Shown: positions 35,180-44,523 of the stretch, piece after piece
Position numbering within the stretch: position 1 is the first letter of the stretch
How the letters are laid out: each line of letters begins with the position of its first letter
DNA from: Acidimicrobiia bacterium
GTDB lineage: Bacteria; Actinomycetota; Acidimicrobiia; Acidimicrobiales; JANYDT01
Reading direction: 5' to 3'
DNA length: 64,000 bases
NCBI GenBank assembly: GCA_025359845.1
Contig: JANYDT010000218.1
Coordinates: forward strand, 10,671-74,670
Notes under the pieces: model-generated
The model's database searches: none
Seen by the model: the letters and a program-made list of their open reading frames with translations, nothing else
What the model was told of the DNA's origin: nothing
Made by a program: the position numbers and the translations under genes

Positions 35180-35989
35180 TCAGCCGCCTAGTTCGCGAGA
35201 GCGTTCGGTGGCGGCGACTACCGCGTCGAGAAACGCGGCCCGCACGCCGCGTTGCTCGAGGACGCGCAGCCCGGCCGCAGTCGTGCCGCCGGGCGAGGTG
35301 ACGTTTGCCCTGAGAACGCCAGGGTCGTCACCGGACTCGCTGAGCAACCGAGCCGCGCCGAGGAGGGTCTGAATGGCCAGAGCCGAGGCGGTGTCGCGGG
35401 GCAGGCCTACGAGCACGCCCGCCTCGACGAGCGCTTCGGCGACCAGGAACACATACGCCGGACCCGAACCAGAAAGACCGGTGACTGCGTCGAGAGCGGC
35501 TTCGCCAACTGTGCGAACGATGCCCACGGCCGAGAGCAGCTCTGAGGCCCAGCCCAGATCATCGGGCCGGGCGGTGGTGCCCGGGGCGATCGCCGCCGCT
35601 CCGGCCCCAACCAAGGCCGGGGTATTGGGCATGGCCCGCACCACCCGCACGTCGGGCCCGAGCCACCGCTCGAGATTGGCGATCGTGACCCCGGCGGCGA
35701 TCGACAAGGCCCGCCCGCCGGCCAGCGCCGGCGCCGCCGCCCGACAGGCGCCCTCCACGTGTTGCGGTTTGACGGCGATTATCGCCCCTTCGGCTCGGAG
35801 CCCTGGCGTGATTTCGCCCTCCACTCGTAGCCCTTTGAACCGGTGGGCGAGTTCGGATTGTCGGAGGGCTACCGGTTCGACAACCACGACTTCATCGAGC
35901 CGACACCAACTCGCGGCGACGAGTCCGTGGAGTAACGCCTCGCCCATCTTGCCGCCCCCGACGACGAGCAACTTGACCTGAGCATCCAT
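35180..35989 (-). CDS. proC: Pyrroline-5-carboxylate reductase
   Basis: LLVVGGGKMGEALL, RAMPNTPALVGAG, VTSPGGTTAAGL. Confidence 0.9.
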   Translation of the reverse strand: MDAQVKLLVVGGGKMGEALLHGLVAASWCRLDEVVVVEPVALRQSELAHRFKGLRVEGEITPGLRAEGAIIAVKPQHVEGACRAAAPALAGGRALSIAAGVTIANLERWLGPDVRVVRAMPNTPALVGAGAAAIAPGTTARPDDLGWASELLSAVGIVRTVGEAALDAVTGLSGSGPAYVFLVAEALVEAGVLVGLPRDTASALAIQTLLGAARLLSESGDDPGVLRANVTSPGGTTAAGLRVLEQRGVRAAFLDAVVAATERSRELGG

Positions 35990-36187
35990 CGTGGGCGCAG
36001 GTTACTGTGGACAAGGGACGAGGCGCGGCAGAAGGCCTCGGCGGGCCGGCTCGCACTTCCCCGAACGAACCGACACGGCACCGTGGCCTTCTGTCTTATG
36101 AGAACGCTACACGCCGCGAGAGGCACCGCGCAAGGCCGATCTTTGATGATTTCCAACTAGTCGACGCTCGCAGAAGTGAGCGCCGGC

Positions 36188-36658
36188 TCACCGCCGGTAG
36201 CGGCTGGCGAAACCGATGCTCATGGCGGTGGAGAAACACTCTTCGGAATAGGCGTAGGCCGACCCCAACAACCGATCGAGTTCAGCCCTGGCCTCGGTTT
36301 CAGAACCCCCGAGCGCCGAGAGCGGGAGCTGCGCGATCAAGTAGACGGCGTCTTCGTCTCCGATCGCAAATTTCATGCCAAAGAGGCGCTGATTAGCCCG
36401 CAAGAGGTACTCGAAACAGGCCGCGACCTGCTCTTCGGGAGCAGGCATGAAGTATGTCTCCGCGTACAGGGTCATCTCGCGCAGGGTCAGCCATACGGTA
36501 ATGATCTGCTTTTCATCGCCTCGCATGCGGACATACCAGCGCTGCGGCTCAATGTCGCGATCGATGGCCAAGATGGTGGTGTTGTCACGCTGCTCATCGC
36601 TCAGCCACGCATCGATAAGCATTGCGAACGACAGCGAATCGAGCGGTACCGTGCTCAC
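36188..36658 (-). CDS. YbjN-domain protein
   Basis: GTG 36658 lies inside track ORF 36188..36880. Conserved partner downstream of mshA in actinobacteria (as I remember, the Rv0487-type gene). Confidence 0.6.
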   Translation of the reverse strand: MSTVPLDSLSFAMLIDAWLSDEQRDNTTILAIDRDIEPQRWYVRMRGDEKQIITVWLTLREMTLYAETYFMPAPEEQVAACFEYLLRANQRLFGMKFAIGDEDAVYLIAQLPLSALGGSETEARAELDRLLGSAYAYSEECFSTAMSIGFASRYRR

Positions 36659-36686
36659 TGGGCGATTGACAGTGTTGGCGCCGACG

Positions 36687-37916
36687 CTAAACGCACGCCA
36701 GGACCGATTCGCGGGCGCGAAGGTCACCGAACAGTCGCCGCAGACGACCGGCCGTGACCGACCACGCATAACGCCTCGAGCGCAGTGCGGCGGCTTCACC
36801 CAATAAAACGGCCTCGGACGGATGGGCCAGCAGCCGGCAAAGGTGGTCGGCCCAGATGTCGGGGTCCCGACCATCGACAAGCACGCCGGTGATGTTGTCG
36901 TCGATGATGGTTTGCAGCCCCCCGACTCGGGACGCGATCACGGCCGTGCCACACGCAGCCGCCTCGAGGGCGACCAGACCGAACGACTCCGATCGCGACG
37001 GCACCAACACGACATCGGCGGCCCGGTAATAGGTCGACAGGAGATGATGAGGTTGCGGATCGACGAACTGCACGCGTCGGCTCAACCCCCTGGCGCGGAC
37101 TAGGTCGTGAACCCGATCCACCTCCTCGATGCCATGGCGTCCACTCGGACCGCCAACTATTACCAGTCGGGCCGTAGGATGGTCGGCTCGGGCGAATGCT
37201 TCCACGGCCAAATCCGCGCCTTTCAGCGGCTGGATACGGCCCACGAAGAGAACCGTCGGCACATCGGGAAACCCCACCGCACTCCGAGCCCCGGCCGACG
37301 ACCCCGGCGAAAAATAGGCCCGGTCCACGCCCAGCGGCACTTCTTCGATGCGGGCGCGATCGGCGTCGTACAGCGTCACGAGCTGGTCGGCCTCGATCGA
37401 ACAGGAGGCGAGCACCGCGTCGCTGCAGCCGATGATCGACTCCTCCGCTCCCGCTCGGGCCTCCGGTTCGGGGTCGTTGCTCGCCGTCTTGACTCTCGCC
37501 AGGGTATGGAAGGTCGTCACCAACGGAACGTCGAACTCGTGCTTAAGGAGGTGTCCCACCGCTCCCGAGAGCCAGTAATTGGCATGAATGATGTCGGGCT
37601 TCTGCGCTATGAACCGTTCTCGAACGGCGGCGGTGAAGGTCGGGAGTAATCCGGGAAGGTCTTCTTTGGCCACGGCCGCCAACGGGCCCGCAGGCACGTT
37701 ATGCACGCGAAAGCCCGGTTCCACCGACACCGTAGCCGGCTGGGTCGGATCAGTGGCACGGGTGTAAACGTCGCACTCGACTCCGGCCCGGGCCAACGCC
37801 GTTGACAATTCCTTTACATAGACGTTCATTCCACCGCCATCGCCCGTGCCCGGTTGGGCCAACGGTGACGTGTGCAGGCAAACGACGGCGACAGACGGAG
37901 GCTGACTCATGACCAA
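36687..37916 (-). CDS. mshA: D-inositol-3-phosphate glycosyltransferase (mycothiol biosynthesis)
   Basis: VAVVCLHTSPLAQPGTGDGGGMNVYV and GT4 C-terminal E..FGLV.LEA..CGTAV. Confidence 0.85.
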   Translation of the reverse strand: MVMSQPPSVAVVCLHTSPLAQPGTGDGGGMNVYVKELSTALARAGVECDVYTRATDPTQPATVSVEPGFRVHNVPAGPLAAVAKEDLPGLLPTFTAAVRERFIAQKPDIIHANYWLSGAVGHLLKHEFDVPLVTTFHTLARVKTASNDPEPEARAGAEESIIGCSDAVLASCSIEADQLVTLYDADRARIEEVPLGVDRAYFSPGSSAGARSAVGFPDVPTVLFVGRIQPLKGADLAVEAFARADHPTARLVIVGGPSGRHGIEEVDRVHDLVRARGLSRRVQFVDPQPHHLLSTYYRAADVVLVPSRSESFGLVALEAAACGTAVIASRVGGLQTIIDDNITGVLVDGRDPDIWADHLCRLLAHPSEAVLLGEAAALRSRRYAWSVTAGRLRRLFGDLRARESVLACV

Positions 37917-37997
37917 AGATTTCTAACGTCGAGCGGAGGCAAATTCTTCCGCGCCGAAGACCTGAGACCGTGGGGCGCCGAGCCCGGGTCGGGCAAA

Positions 37998-38537
37998 TCA
38001 ACCACCAAGCAATCCTTCGACTTTAGCCTCGCCCGACTTATACCGCTTGACCAGCTCGGCCTGCAGGGCATCGATCACATCGTGCAGCCTTCGCCGCTCC
38101 GTCGAGACCGCCCGCTCCAGAGCGTTGAGAGCGTCAGTGAGGGCGTACAGCGTATCGTCAGCGAGTTCGGGCACGCTGGCCAGGTCAACTCCGCCGCACA
38201 CCGAATTAACACGGTCGGTAGCCCACTCCTCCTGCTCTTCCGGCGGCGCCGAAGCATCAATCAGACGACCGGTCGCAGTACGGCTCACGCCATCGGCCAG
38301 TGCTTGCGGAAGCTGCTCGACGATGGCGCTTACATCAGTTCGTTCGTCGGAGACACGAGCGCGAATCTCGAGGCCGATCACATCGAGGCGGCCCTGCACC
38401 AGCCGCCGCAAGTACGAGGAGGCGTCTTCGAGGCGCTGGGCCTCGTTTCGTTTCTGGCGGAGCGCCTCCAGCGCCAGCGCGTCGAGTTCGGCGAGATAGC
38501 CGACATGCAACACGCGCTCTAGGGTCCGGTTCGACAT
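37998..38537 (-). CDS. RsiG-like coiled-coil protein (candidate c-di-GMP-binding anti-sigma factor)
   Basis: E37DASSYLRRLVQGRLD52 matches E-x3-S-x2-R-x3-Q-x3-D exactly. E141RAVSTERRRLHDVID156 matches it except for His in place of Gln. Confidence 0.6.
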   Translation of the reverse strand: MSNRTLERVLHVGYLAELDALALEALRQKRNEAQRLEDASSYLRRLVQGRLDVIGLEIRARVSDERTDVSAIVEQLPQALADGVSRTATGRLIDASAPPEEQEEWATDRVNSVCGGVDLASVPELADDTLYALTDALNALERAVSTERRRLHDVIDALQAELVKRYKSGEAKVEGLLGG

Positions 38538-38550
38538 ATAACCGGAAAGG

Positions 38551-38787
38551 TTACCCGCCCGACACGGGCGGGAGCACGGCGACCTCGTCCGCGGCCCCGA
38601 CCGATTGTTCGGGCTCGGCCGGTTCGCCGTTCACCCAAACCCGGCAATGCGGCAGAATCTCAGCGAAAGCGACTCCGAATCGAGCCGAGGCTGCGGCTAG
38701 AACTGTCGCGACAGTGGGCTCGTCAAACTCCGCGTGCCCGGTATCGGCCGCTACCCGAGCCGACGCGAACAAACGGAGCTTGGCCAC
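38551..38787 (-). CDS. MoaD/ThiS-family sulfur-carrier protein
   Basis: About 78 aa from GTG 38787, with a C-terminal VLPPVSGG diglycine. Confidence 0.6.
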   Translation of the reverse strand: MAKLRLFASARVAADTGHAEFDEPTVATVLAAASARFGVAFAEILPHCRVWVNGEPAEPEQSVGAADEVAVLPPVSGG

Positions 38788-38814
38788 CCCGTCAGTCTGC
38801 TTCACTTGGCCGCC

Positions 38815-39459
38815 ATGCACGTTCTCGTCGTCCGCCACGCCGTCACTGCGTGGAATGCGGCCGGACGCTGGCAGGGGTGGGAAGACGTGCCCCTATCAAT
38901 CGAAGGTGAAGCGCAGGCCGATCGGGCTGGGACGATCCTTCGTGACATCGACCCGCGTTTCGATCGGGTCGTGGCCAGCGATCTGCTCAGGGCCCGCCAA
39001 ACCGCCGAACGATTAGTCGCGGCAATGGGTCAATCGGCGATCACGATCACGCCTCTCGCCATCGAGGTCGTAGAGGGTTTGCGGGAGCGAGATATTGGGG
39101 CCTGGTCGGGCAAGCTCACCGCCGAGATCGAGGCGCAGTGGCCTGGCTGGCTCGACGCGTGGCGCCGGGGCGAGCTTGATCGACCCCCCGAAGGCGAATA
39201 TGAACCCGAGTTCCGGGCCCGCATCTCGACGGCCCTTGAGGCGATTACCTCAACCAGACAACGGACGCTGGTCGTGACTCATGGGGGCGTGATCCGAACC
39301 CTCGAAGTGCACTACGGGACGAATCCCGCTCCCGTCGCCAACGTAAGCGGGCGCTGGTTCGGATTGGCCAATGGACGGGTCACGCCGGGTGATCGGGTCG
39401 ACCTCGGCTCAGCCCCTTCGGCCTCGTCTTTCCCCGACCCAGTCCCGGTCGTCCTCTAA
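38815..39459 (+). CDS. Histidine phosphatase (phosphoglycerate mutase) family protein
   Basis: VVRHAVTAWNAAGRWQGWEDVPL and THGGVIR. ATG 38815 lies inside track ORF 38734..39459. Confidence 0.8.
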   Translation: MHVLVVRHAVTAWNAAGRWQGWEDVPLSIEGEAQADRAGTILRDIDPRFDRVVASDLLRARQTAERLVAAMGQSAITITPLAIEVVEGLRERDIGAWSGKLTAEIEAQWPGWLDAWRRGELDRPPEGEYEPEFRARISTALEAITSTRQRTLVVTHGGVIRTLEVHYGTNPAPVANVSGRWFGLANGRVTPGDRVDLGSAPSASSFPDPVPVVL

Positions 39460-39479
39460 ATCGTACAGGCGGAGTGGTC

Positions 39480-40058
39480 ATGACGTTCGACGAAGTTCGC
39501 ATCCTGCGGTCGAAGAACCGCCGCAAGACAGTCTCGTCGCGTCTCATCGATGGTGTTCTCGAAGTCTCCATTCCCGCCTGGATGTCGAAGGCGGAAGAGG
39601 CTAGGTGGGTCGACGAGATGCGCAAACGATTCGAAAGGAAGTCAGCGTCATCGGAAGTCGACTTGAACGAACGGGCGGCACGACTGGCCCGGCGTTACGG
39701 CTTGCCGACGCCCTCATCGGTGCGCTGGGTGTCCAATCAGCAGACCCGATGGGGATCCTGCTCGACCCAGGAGCGATCGATCCGAATCTCCGACCGGCTC
39801 GGCAAGGTGCCGCTATGGGTGCTCGATTCGGTGCTCATTCACGAACTGGCACATCTCGTACACGCGGACCACTCCCCCAAGTTCTGGGCGGTCGTCGAGC
39901 GCTATCCCAAGCTGGCCCGAGCCGACGGTTTTCTGGAAGGGATGGCCTACGCCTCAGGCCAACCGACCTGGCTCGACAATTCTCACGACAGCGCCGCGGG
40001 GCCCGAAGACGATCTAGTCGACGCGCCGCCCGAACTTGGGCAACAGCCGCTCTGGTAG
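39480..40058 (+). CDS. YgjP/M48-like metal-dependent hydrolase (DUF45)
   Basis: RWGSCS...IRISDRL...VLIHELAHLVHADHSPKFW. ATG 39480 lies 5 nt after GGAG. Confidence 0.75.
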   Translation: MTFDEVRILRSKNRRKTVSSRLIDGVLEVSIPAWMSKAEEARWVDEMRKRFERKSASSEVDLNERAARLARRYGLPTPSSVRWVSNQQTRWGSCSTQERSIRISDRLGKVPLWVLDSVLIHELAHLVHADHSPKFWAVVERYPKLARADGFLEGMAYASGQPTWLDNSHDSAAGPEDDLVDAPPELGQQPLW

Positions 40059-40117
40059 CGACTTCGACTGACCGCGACTAAAACTACCGATCCGCGACAG
40101 CGAAATTGATTACCGGA

Positions 40118-40267
40118 TCATGGGGTTGAGTCCGATGGAAGTTCGGCGCCCAAGGCTCGCTGAATCAGCACCGCGGCCCGGGAAAGATCCCGAACGTCGA
40201 GCGCCTGCAGCGCGTCTTCGACGGTGACAAGGTCGGCCTCGGCGCGTTCGAGGTGGGCCAGATCCAT
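40118..40267 (-). CDS. Candidate 49-aa protein
   Basis: ATG-DLAHLERAEADLVTVEDALQALDVRDLSRAAVLIQRALGAELPSDSTP fills an otherwise empty gap. Third positions are moderately G/C-rich. It is the 3' tail of the spurious track ORF 40118..40912. Confidence 0.25.
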   Translation of the reverse strand: MDLAHLERAEADLVTVEDALQALDVRDLSRAAVLIQRALGAELPSDSTP

Positions 40268-40334
40268 GGCCACGCACGCTACCGGCGCCGCCGCCACCGT
40301 CGAAAACGATGACGAGCCGTGCCAAGATAGAGGA

Positions 40335-41534
40335 ATGATCCGGAGAATTCGGCTGCTCCACGCTGTCGTCGCGCTGGGCATCGCAGCCCTGGCCGCGGCC
40401 ACGACGTTTGTGCCTCCTCTCGCGCCGGCCGCGACGGCTGAGCCATGCTTCTTGGGCCTAGATTGCCCGACCACGACGACGACCACGACCGCCCCTACGA
40501 CGACGACCACCATATCGGCGACGACGACTACGGCCGCAACCACCACTGTCGCAACTACTACGACCCTGCCTCCGACCACCACGATCCTCGCCCCAACCAC
40601 GACGTTGGCGACCACGGACGCGGCCACTACCACGGTGCTCGCCGGTCCCGTGGTGACCGCGCCCCCCGCCAATACGTCGGTTTCGGCTTCGACGATCCCG
40701 GGTTCCGGTACCACGACGACCACGATTGTTTCGGGCCCATCCACCACTACTGCTGGTACGACTACTACTACCACTACGGTGGCCAAGGGCCCGACGACCA
40801 CCGCGATTCCTCCGTCCGGCAAATTCATGAACGTGGTCGTCGAAGCGCGAGGCGACAAGCCGGGCCCGGCGGCCGGATTCGGAGTCGTGTTTGGCTGCAA
40901 CGGTACGGGCAATGTCGACGCCGCCCTGCTCTACCCGGCCGGTGCTGGCGCACAGGTCGTCCCGGTGCGCACGGAAACCGATCGGTGCGGCATCGTGGTC
41001 AGTCCGCGATGGAAGTCCGGCGAAACTGCCGGCGGCTTCTGGACGGCCAGCGTTTACGGTCCGGTGACCAACGCCGCGACCGATATCTTGCCCCTTGCCC
41101 CGCTGCCGCAGCGCGACCGCACCGGGACGTTCGGTTTCCCATTCGGCAATACCGTTGCGGTCACCTACTGGGCCGGGACTCCGGCGCTGAAAATTCGAGT
41201 CCGCGCCAAGGGGGGTACCACCGCTCCGTTCCCGCGTGTCGGCGTCGCTTGTGATGGCGTCCGATCGACGTACGCGCCGGGGGCCGGCGGGGTCGTGCTC
41301 GGACCGGTACAGGTGGCGACACCCTGGGATCGCTCCATCGACATCGGCGCAATCGCATGGGAGATGGGGTGTCGCCCCGGAACTGTGCTCCGATTGACCG
41401 CCGCCCCGCCCAAAGACCAGCCCCTGAAACTGAGTTTCGCGACCAACGCCAAGGCGGTGGGCCTGCCTGATCGCTCAGGAGTGCTCGTCACCCTCACTAC
41501 CTCCCAGCAGCTCGACGTCGTCTGGAAACGCTGA
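40335..41534 (+). CDS. Secreted protein with ~130-aa poly-Thr linker and a C-terminal domain of unknown function
   Basis: Signal peptide MIRRIRLLHAVVALGIAALAAA, then CFLGLDC, then T-rich tract, then a ~230-aa globular region. ATG 40335 lies inside track ORF 40224..41534. Confidence 0.7.
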   Translation: MIRRIRLLHAVVALGIAALAAATTFVPPLAPAATAEPCFLGLDCPTTTTTTTAPTTTTTISATTTTAATTTVATTTTLPPTTTILAPTTTLATTDAATTTVLAGPVVTAPPANTSVSASTIPGSGTTTTTIVSGPSTTTAGTTTTTTTVAKGPTTTAIPPSGKFMNVVVEARGDKPGPAAGFGVVFGCNGTGNVDAALLYPAGAGAQVVPVRTETDRCGIVVSPRWKSGETAGGFWTASVYGPVTNAATDILPLAPLPQRDRTGTFGFPFGNTVAVTYWAGTPALKIRVRAKGGTTAPFPRVGVACDGVRSTYAPGAGGVVLGPVQVATPWDRSIDIGAIAWEMGCRPGTVLRLTAAPPKDQPLKLSFATNAKAVGLPDRSGVLVTLTTSQQLDVVWKR

Positions 41535-41563
41535 CCTTCGCAGCCGTAACGCGCCGGTCAGTG

Positions 41564-41592
41564 GTTAGGTCCGACGAACCGCGGACCCTAAC
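41564..41592. terminator. Hairpin between convergent genes
   Basis: GTTAGGTCCG-[ACGAACCG]-CGGA(C)CCTAAC: 10 bp with one bulge. It overlaps the stop codon of the DUF1003 gene and is flanked by GGTCAGTGG on both sides. Confidence 0.4.
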
Positions 41593-42142
41593 GAGGGTCA
41601 GTGGATGGACCGGGATGGGCCTCACGGCGTAATTCAATGACACGGGCGATCGCCCGATCAACGGCGCGGTCCAGCGATCGATCCACCGCCTCCTTCAATT
41701 CCTCCGTGGTCACGGCGTCGGCCAGAGTAAGTCGGATCGACGCCAATTCGCGGGCGATGAACTCGGTATCGGCCTGCGTTCGAGCCGACACCGCCCGGTC
41801 GCTCTCGATCACTTGGCGGTCGCGTTCCTCTTGGCGGTTCTGCGCCAGCAAAATGAGGGGAGCGGCGTAGGCGGCCTGGGTGGAAAACGCCAGATTCAGC
41901 AAGATGAACGGGTACTTATCCCAGCGTAGAAACGCAAAGGCCACGTTGAGCGAGATCCATATGACCACCAGGATCGTTTGCACCACCAAGAACCGTGCGG
42001 TGCCGATGAACCTCGCGATCGTCTCGGAGAACTGGCCGAACGCATCGGGGTCGTAGTGAATGCCTAAGCGGAAACGGCTCCGTCGGCGCGGCGATGAAAG
42101 GTCGACTCGCCGAACTGAGCGAGAGGCAGGCGTCTTGGCCAT
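41588..42142 (-). CDS. DUF1003 membrane protein
   Basis: GTARFLVVQTILVVIWISLN...YPFILLNLAFSTQAAYAAPLILLAQNRQ. Confidence 0.75.
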   Translation of the reverse strand: MAKTPASRSVRRVDLSSPRRRSRFRLGIHYDPDAFGQFSETIARFIGTARFLVVQTILVVIWISLNVAFAFLRWDKYPFILLNLAFSTQAAYAAPLILLAQNRQEERDRQVIESDRAVSARTQADTEFIARELASIRLTLADAVTTEELKEAVDRSLDRAVDRAIARVIELRREAHPGPSTDPR

Positions 42143-42149
42143 GGGTCGC

Positions 42150-43433
42150 TCACCTCACCGGCTCCAGATGCTTACGGGCCGACCACAACGCGGAAATGGG
42201 CGTTCCACCGGTGCGGGAGCCCGAACGACGCCACCCGTCGGGCAGCAGGTGGTCGAGCACGTCGTCGACGCTGACCGCCCCCAACAAGCGGCCGGCGGCG
42301 TCGAGCACGGGGACGGCGACAACATCGTGAGCGGCCAGCCGTCGAGCGATCTCGGCGATCGGAAGGTCATCGGAGACCGGCTCGGGCACTTCGTCGAGGC
42401 ATTTTCCGAGCGGGGTCATGGGCGGTTCGCGAAGGAGCCGCTGGAAGCCTACCGGGCCCAGGTACCGACCCGTCGGGGTCTCGAGCGGCGCCTCGCAAAC
42501 AAATACGTGAGCCGCTTCGGCCGCTGGGAGGTCGGGATCACGAAGCCGCGCCAGCGCCTCGGCCACCGTGGCCTGCCCGGAGAGGATAAGCGGTTCGGGG
42601 TTCATGAGACCGCCCGCGGAATGCGGCGAGTACTGCAACAGGCGCCGCAACGACTGCGAATCCTCTGGGTCCATCTCGTTGAGTACGTTTTCGCGATCGC
42701 GAACTGGCAGTTCGGCCAACAAGTCGGCAGCATCGTCCTGATCCATTTCTTCGAGCACATCGGCGGCCCGCTCAGCCCCCTCCTCCTCGATGATGTGCCC
42801 AATAATCGTGACGCCTTCGTTTTCGGGTAATTCGACGAGCAGGTCGGCCAAGTCTTCATCTTCCATGGCGGTGGCCAGCGCGACCCTCTCGCGTTCGGGC
42901 ATGGCCGCCATCTGGTCGGCGGCGTCGGCAGGATGCATATCGCGCAGTTCGGCCAGATGCTGTTCGGCCGGACCGGCCAAAAACAGTTGTAGCAGCACAT
43001 CCCAGCCGGCGATGCGAGATGATCGCCGACGCCGCAAGAACCCCGTCCCTGCCATCGAAACGCCACTCACCTCCCAGCTGCGCAGCTGGCCTGGGGTAGC
43101 CCGGAGGGCGACATCGTTGATCACCTCACGGCCCAGCGTGCGCTCGAACAGCTCTTTCTTGACGAGCAGCTCGCCGTTGCGCTGGCGAAACTTGCGAAGA
43201 TCGACAGTGCCCGTCAGCAGCCGGGCCCCCGAGGCGTCGAGTTCGCTCACCCGATTGGCGTTCACGAAAATTTGGCGTCGCTGTACTTCGGCCACGAAAC
43301 CTAGGACGGGCGGAGCCGAATCGGCACCAGGGTAGCCAATCACCACATCGACGACGCGACCCACAGGCGAGCCGTCGCGGGCCAGCAACATGAGCCCCGT
43401 CACGCGGGACACGAACACGGGGGCGTTCGACAT
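42150..43433 (-). CDS. Soluble MgtE-N-domain / CBS-pair protein with PRC-barrel-like N-terminus
   Basis: Acidic MgtE_N repeats (DLADLLVELPENE, DDAADLLAELPVRDRENVLNEM) followed by CBS pairs. No transmembrane domain. ATG 43433. Confidence 0.7.
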   Translation of the reverse strand: MSNAPVFVSRVTGLMLLARDGSPVGRVVDVVIGYPGADSAPPVLGFVAEVQRRQIFVNANRVSELDASGARLLTGTVDLRKFRQRNGELLVKKELFERTLGREVINDVALRATPGQLRSWEVSGVSMAGTGFLRRRRSSRIAGWDVLLQLFLAGPAEQHLAELRDMHPADAADQMAAMPERERVALATAMEDEDLADLLVELPENEGVTIIGHIIEEEGAERAADVLEEMDQDDAADLLAELPVRDRENVLNEMDPEDSQSLRRLLQYSPHSAGGLMNPEPLILSGQATVAEALARLRDPDLPAAEAAHVFVCEAPLETPTGRYLGPVGFQRLLREPPMTPLGKCLDEVPEPVSDDLPIAEIARRLAAHDVVAVPVLDAAGRLLGAVSVDDVLDHLLPDGWRRSGSRTGGTPISALWSARKHLEPVR

Positions 43434-43587
43434 TGACCCGAACTTACCCCCTTCCACGAGGCTGCCGTCACTGTTTTGCCCAGGCTGGTCGGTTCATCGC
43501 CTATTGTTGACCGAATCGGTCGGCTTTCAATTCGGGCTTGTCCTCCGCCGTCCTCACCGTCCTGCCAATCACGAAGGGAGCCGAGCC

Positions 43588-44523
43588 ATGAGCCCAGGCC
43601 CGACAACCGCGACGCCGTCGCCTCACTCGCTCAGCAACTTGCGCGAACTCGAAGCCGAATCAATCCACATCATGCGCGAAGTGGCAGCCGAGTTCGAGTG
43701 CCCTGGCCTGCTGTTCTCGGGCGGTAAAGACTCGATCGTCATGTTGCGCTTGGCCGAGAAAGCGTTTTGGCCGGCCAAAGTGCCGTTTCCCGTGGTGCAC
43801 GTCGACACCGGACATAACTTCGACGAAGTCATCGCGTATCGCGACAAGCGAGTCGCTGAACTTGGCGTACGCCTCATCGTCGGCTCGGTACAGGCCGACA
43901 TCGACGCCGGCCGGGCGATCGAGGAGACCGGCCCGCGAGCGTCGCGCAATCGCCTGCAGACTGTCACATTGTTGCGCACCATTGAGGAGCAGCGCTTCGA
44001 TGCCGCGTTCGGAGGAGCCCGGCGCGACGAAGACAAGGCTCGGGCCAAGGAACGGGTCTTTTCATTTCGGGATGAATTCGGTCAGTGGGACCCGAAGAAT
44101 CAGCGTCCCGAGTTGTGGGCGCTGTTCAACGGTAAGATCCGTCGCGGCGAGCACATTCGCGTGTTCCCGATCTCCAATTGGACCGAACTTGATATCTGGC
44201 AGTACGTCGACGAGGAGAAGATCGAACTCCCGTCGATTTACTTTGCCCACCGTCGTCGGGTTTTCTTGCGCGACAACATGTGGCTGGCCGACACGCCGTT
44301 CGTGACTCCACAGGCCAATGAACCGATTATCGAGAAGCTGGTCCGGTTCCGAACCGTCGGCGACGCTTCATGCACGGGAGCAGTCGAGTCGGCCGCCGAC
44401 ACCGTCGAGAAAGTCATAGCCGAGGTGGCGGCCACCCGGATCACGGAACGAGGCGCGACGCGGGCCGACGATAAAATCAGTGAAGCGGGTATGGAAGACC
44501 GCAAGAAAGAAGGGTATTTCTAA
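43588..44523 (+). CDS. cysD: Sulfate adenylyltransferase subunit 2
   Basis: LLFSGGKDSIVMLRLA, HVDTGHNF, ELWALFNG. ATG 43588 is preceded by GAAGGGAG. Confidence 0.9.
   Translation: MSPGPTTATPSPHSLSNLRELEAESIHIMREVAAEFECPGLLFSGGKDSIVMLRLAEKAFWPAKVPFPVVHVDTGHNFDEVIAYRDKRVAELGVRLIVGSVQADIDAGRAIEETGPRASRNRLQTVTLLRTIEEQRFDAAFGGARRDEDKARAKERVFSFRDEFGQWDPKNQRPELWALFNGKIRRGEHIRVFPISNWTELDIWQYVDEEKIELPSIYFAHRRRVFLRDNMWLADTPFVTPQANEPIIEKLVRFRTVGDASCTGAVESAADTVEKVIAEVAATRITERGATRADDKISEAGMEDRKKEGYF

Noticed and set aside
40440-40800. Highly repetitive DNA that might look like a repeat array or CRISPR
   Set aside because: It is in-frame threonine-codon low complexity inside a coding sequence, with no regular repeat-spacer periodicity.
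40118-40912. 264-aa poly-Val/Ala ORF on the minus strand
   Set aside because: It is the antisense reading of the ACC/ACG threonine tract of the secreted protein at 40335..41534. Only its last 49 codons (40118..40267), which lie outside that gene, were kept as a low-confidence candidate.
43509-43521. Inverted repeat GACCGA-A-TCGGTC in the cysD leader as a sulfur-regulon operator or riboswitch
   Set aside because: It is a single short palindrome without a recognisable partner motif or conserved riboswitch architecture, so there is insufficient evidence.
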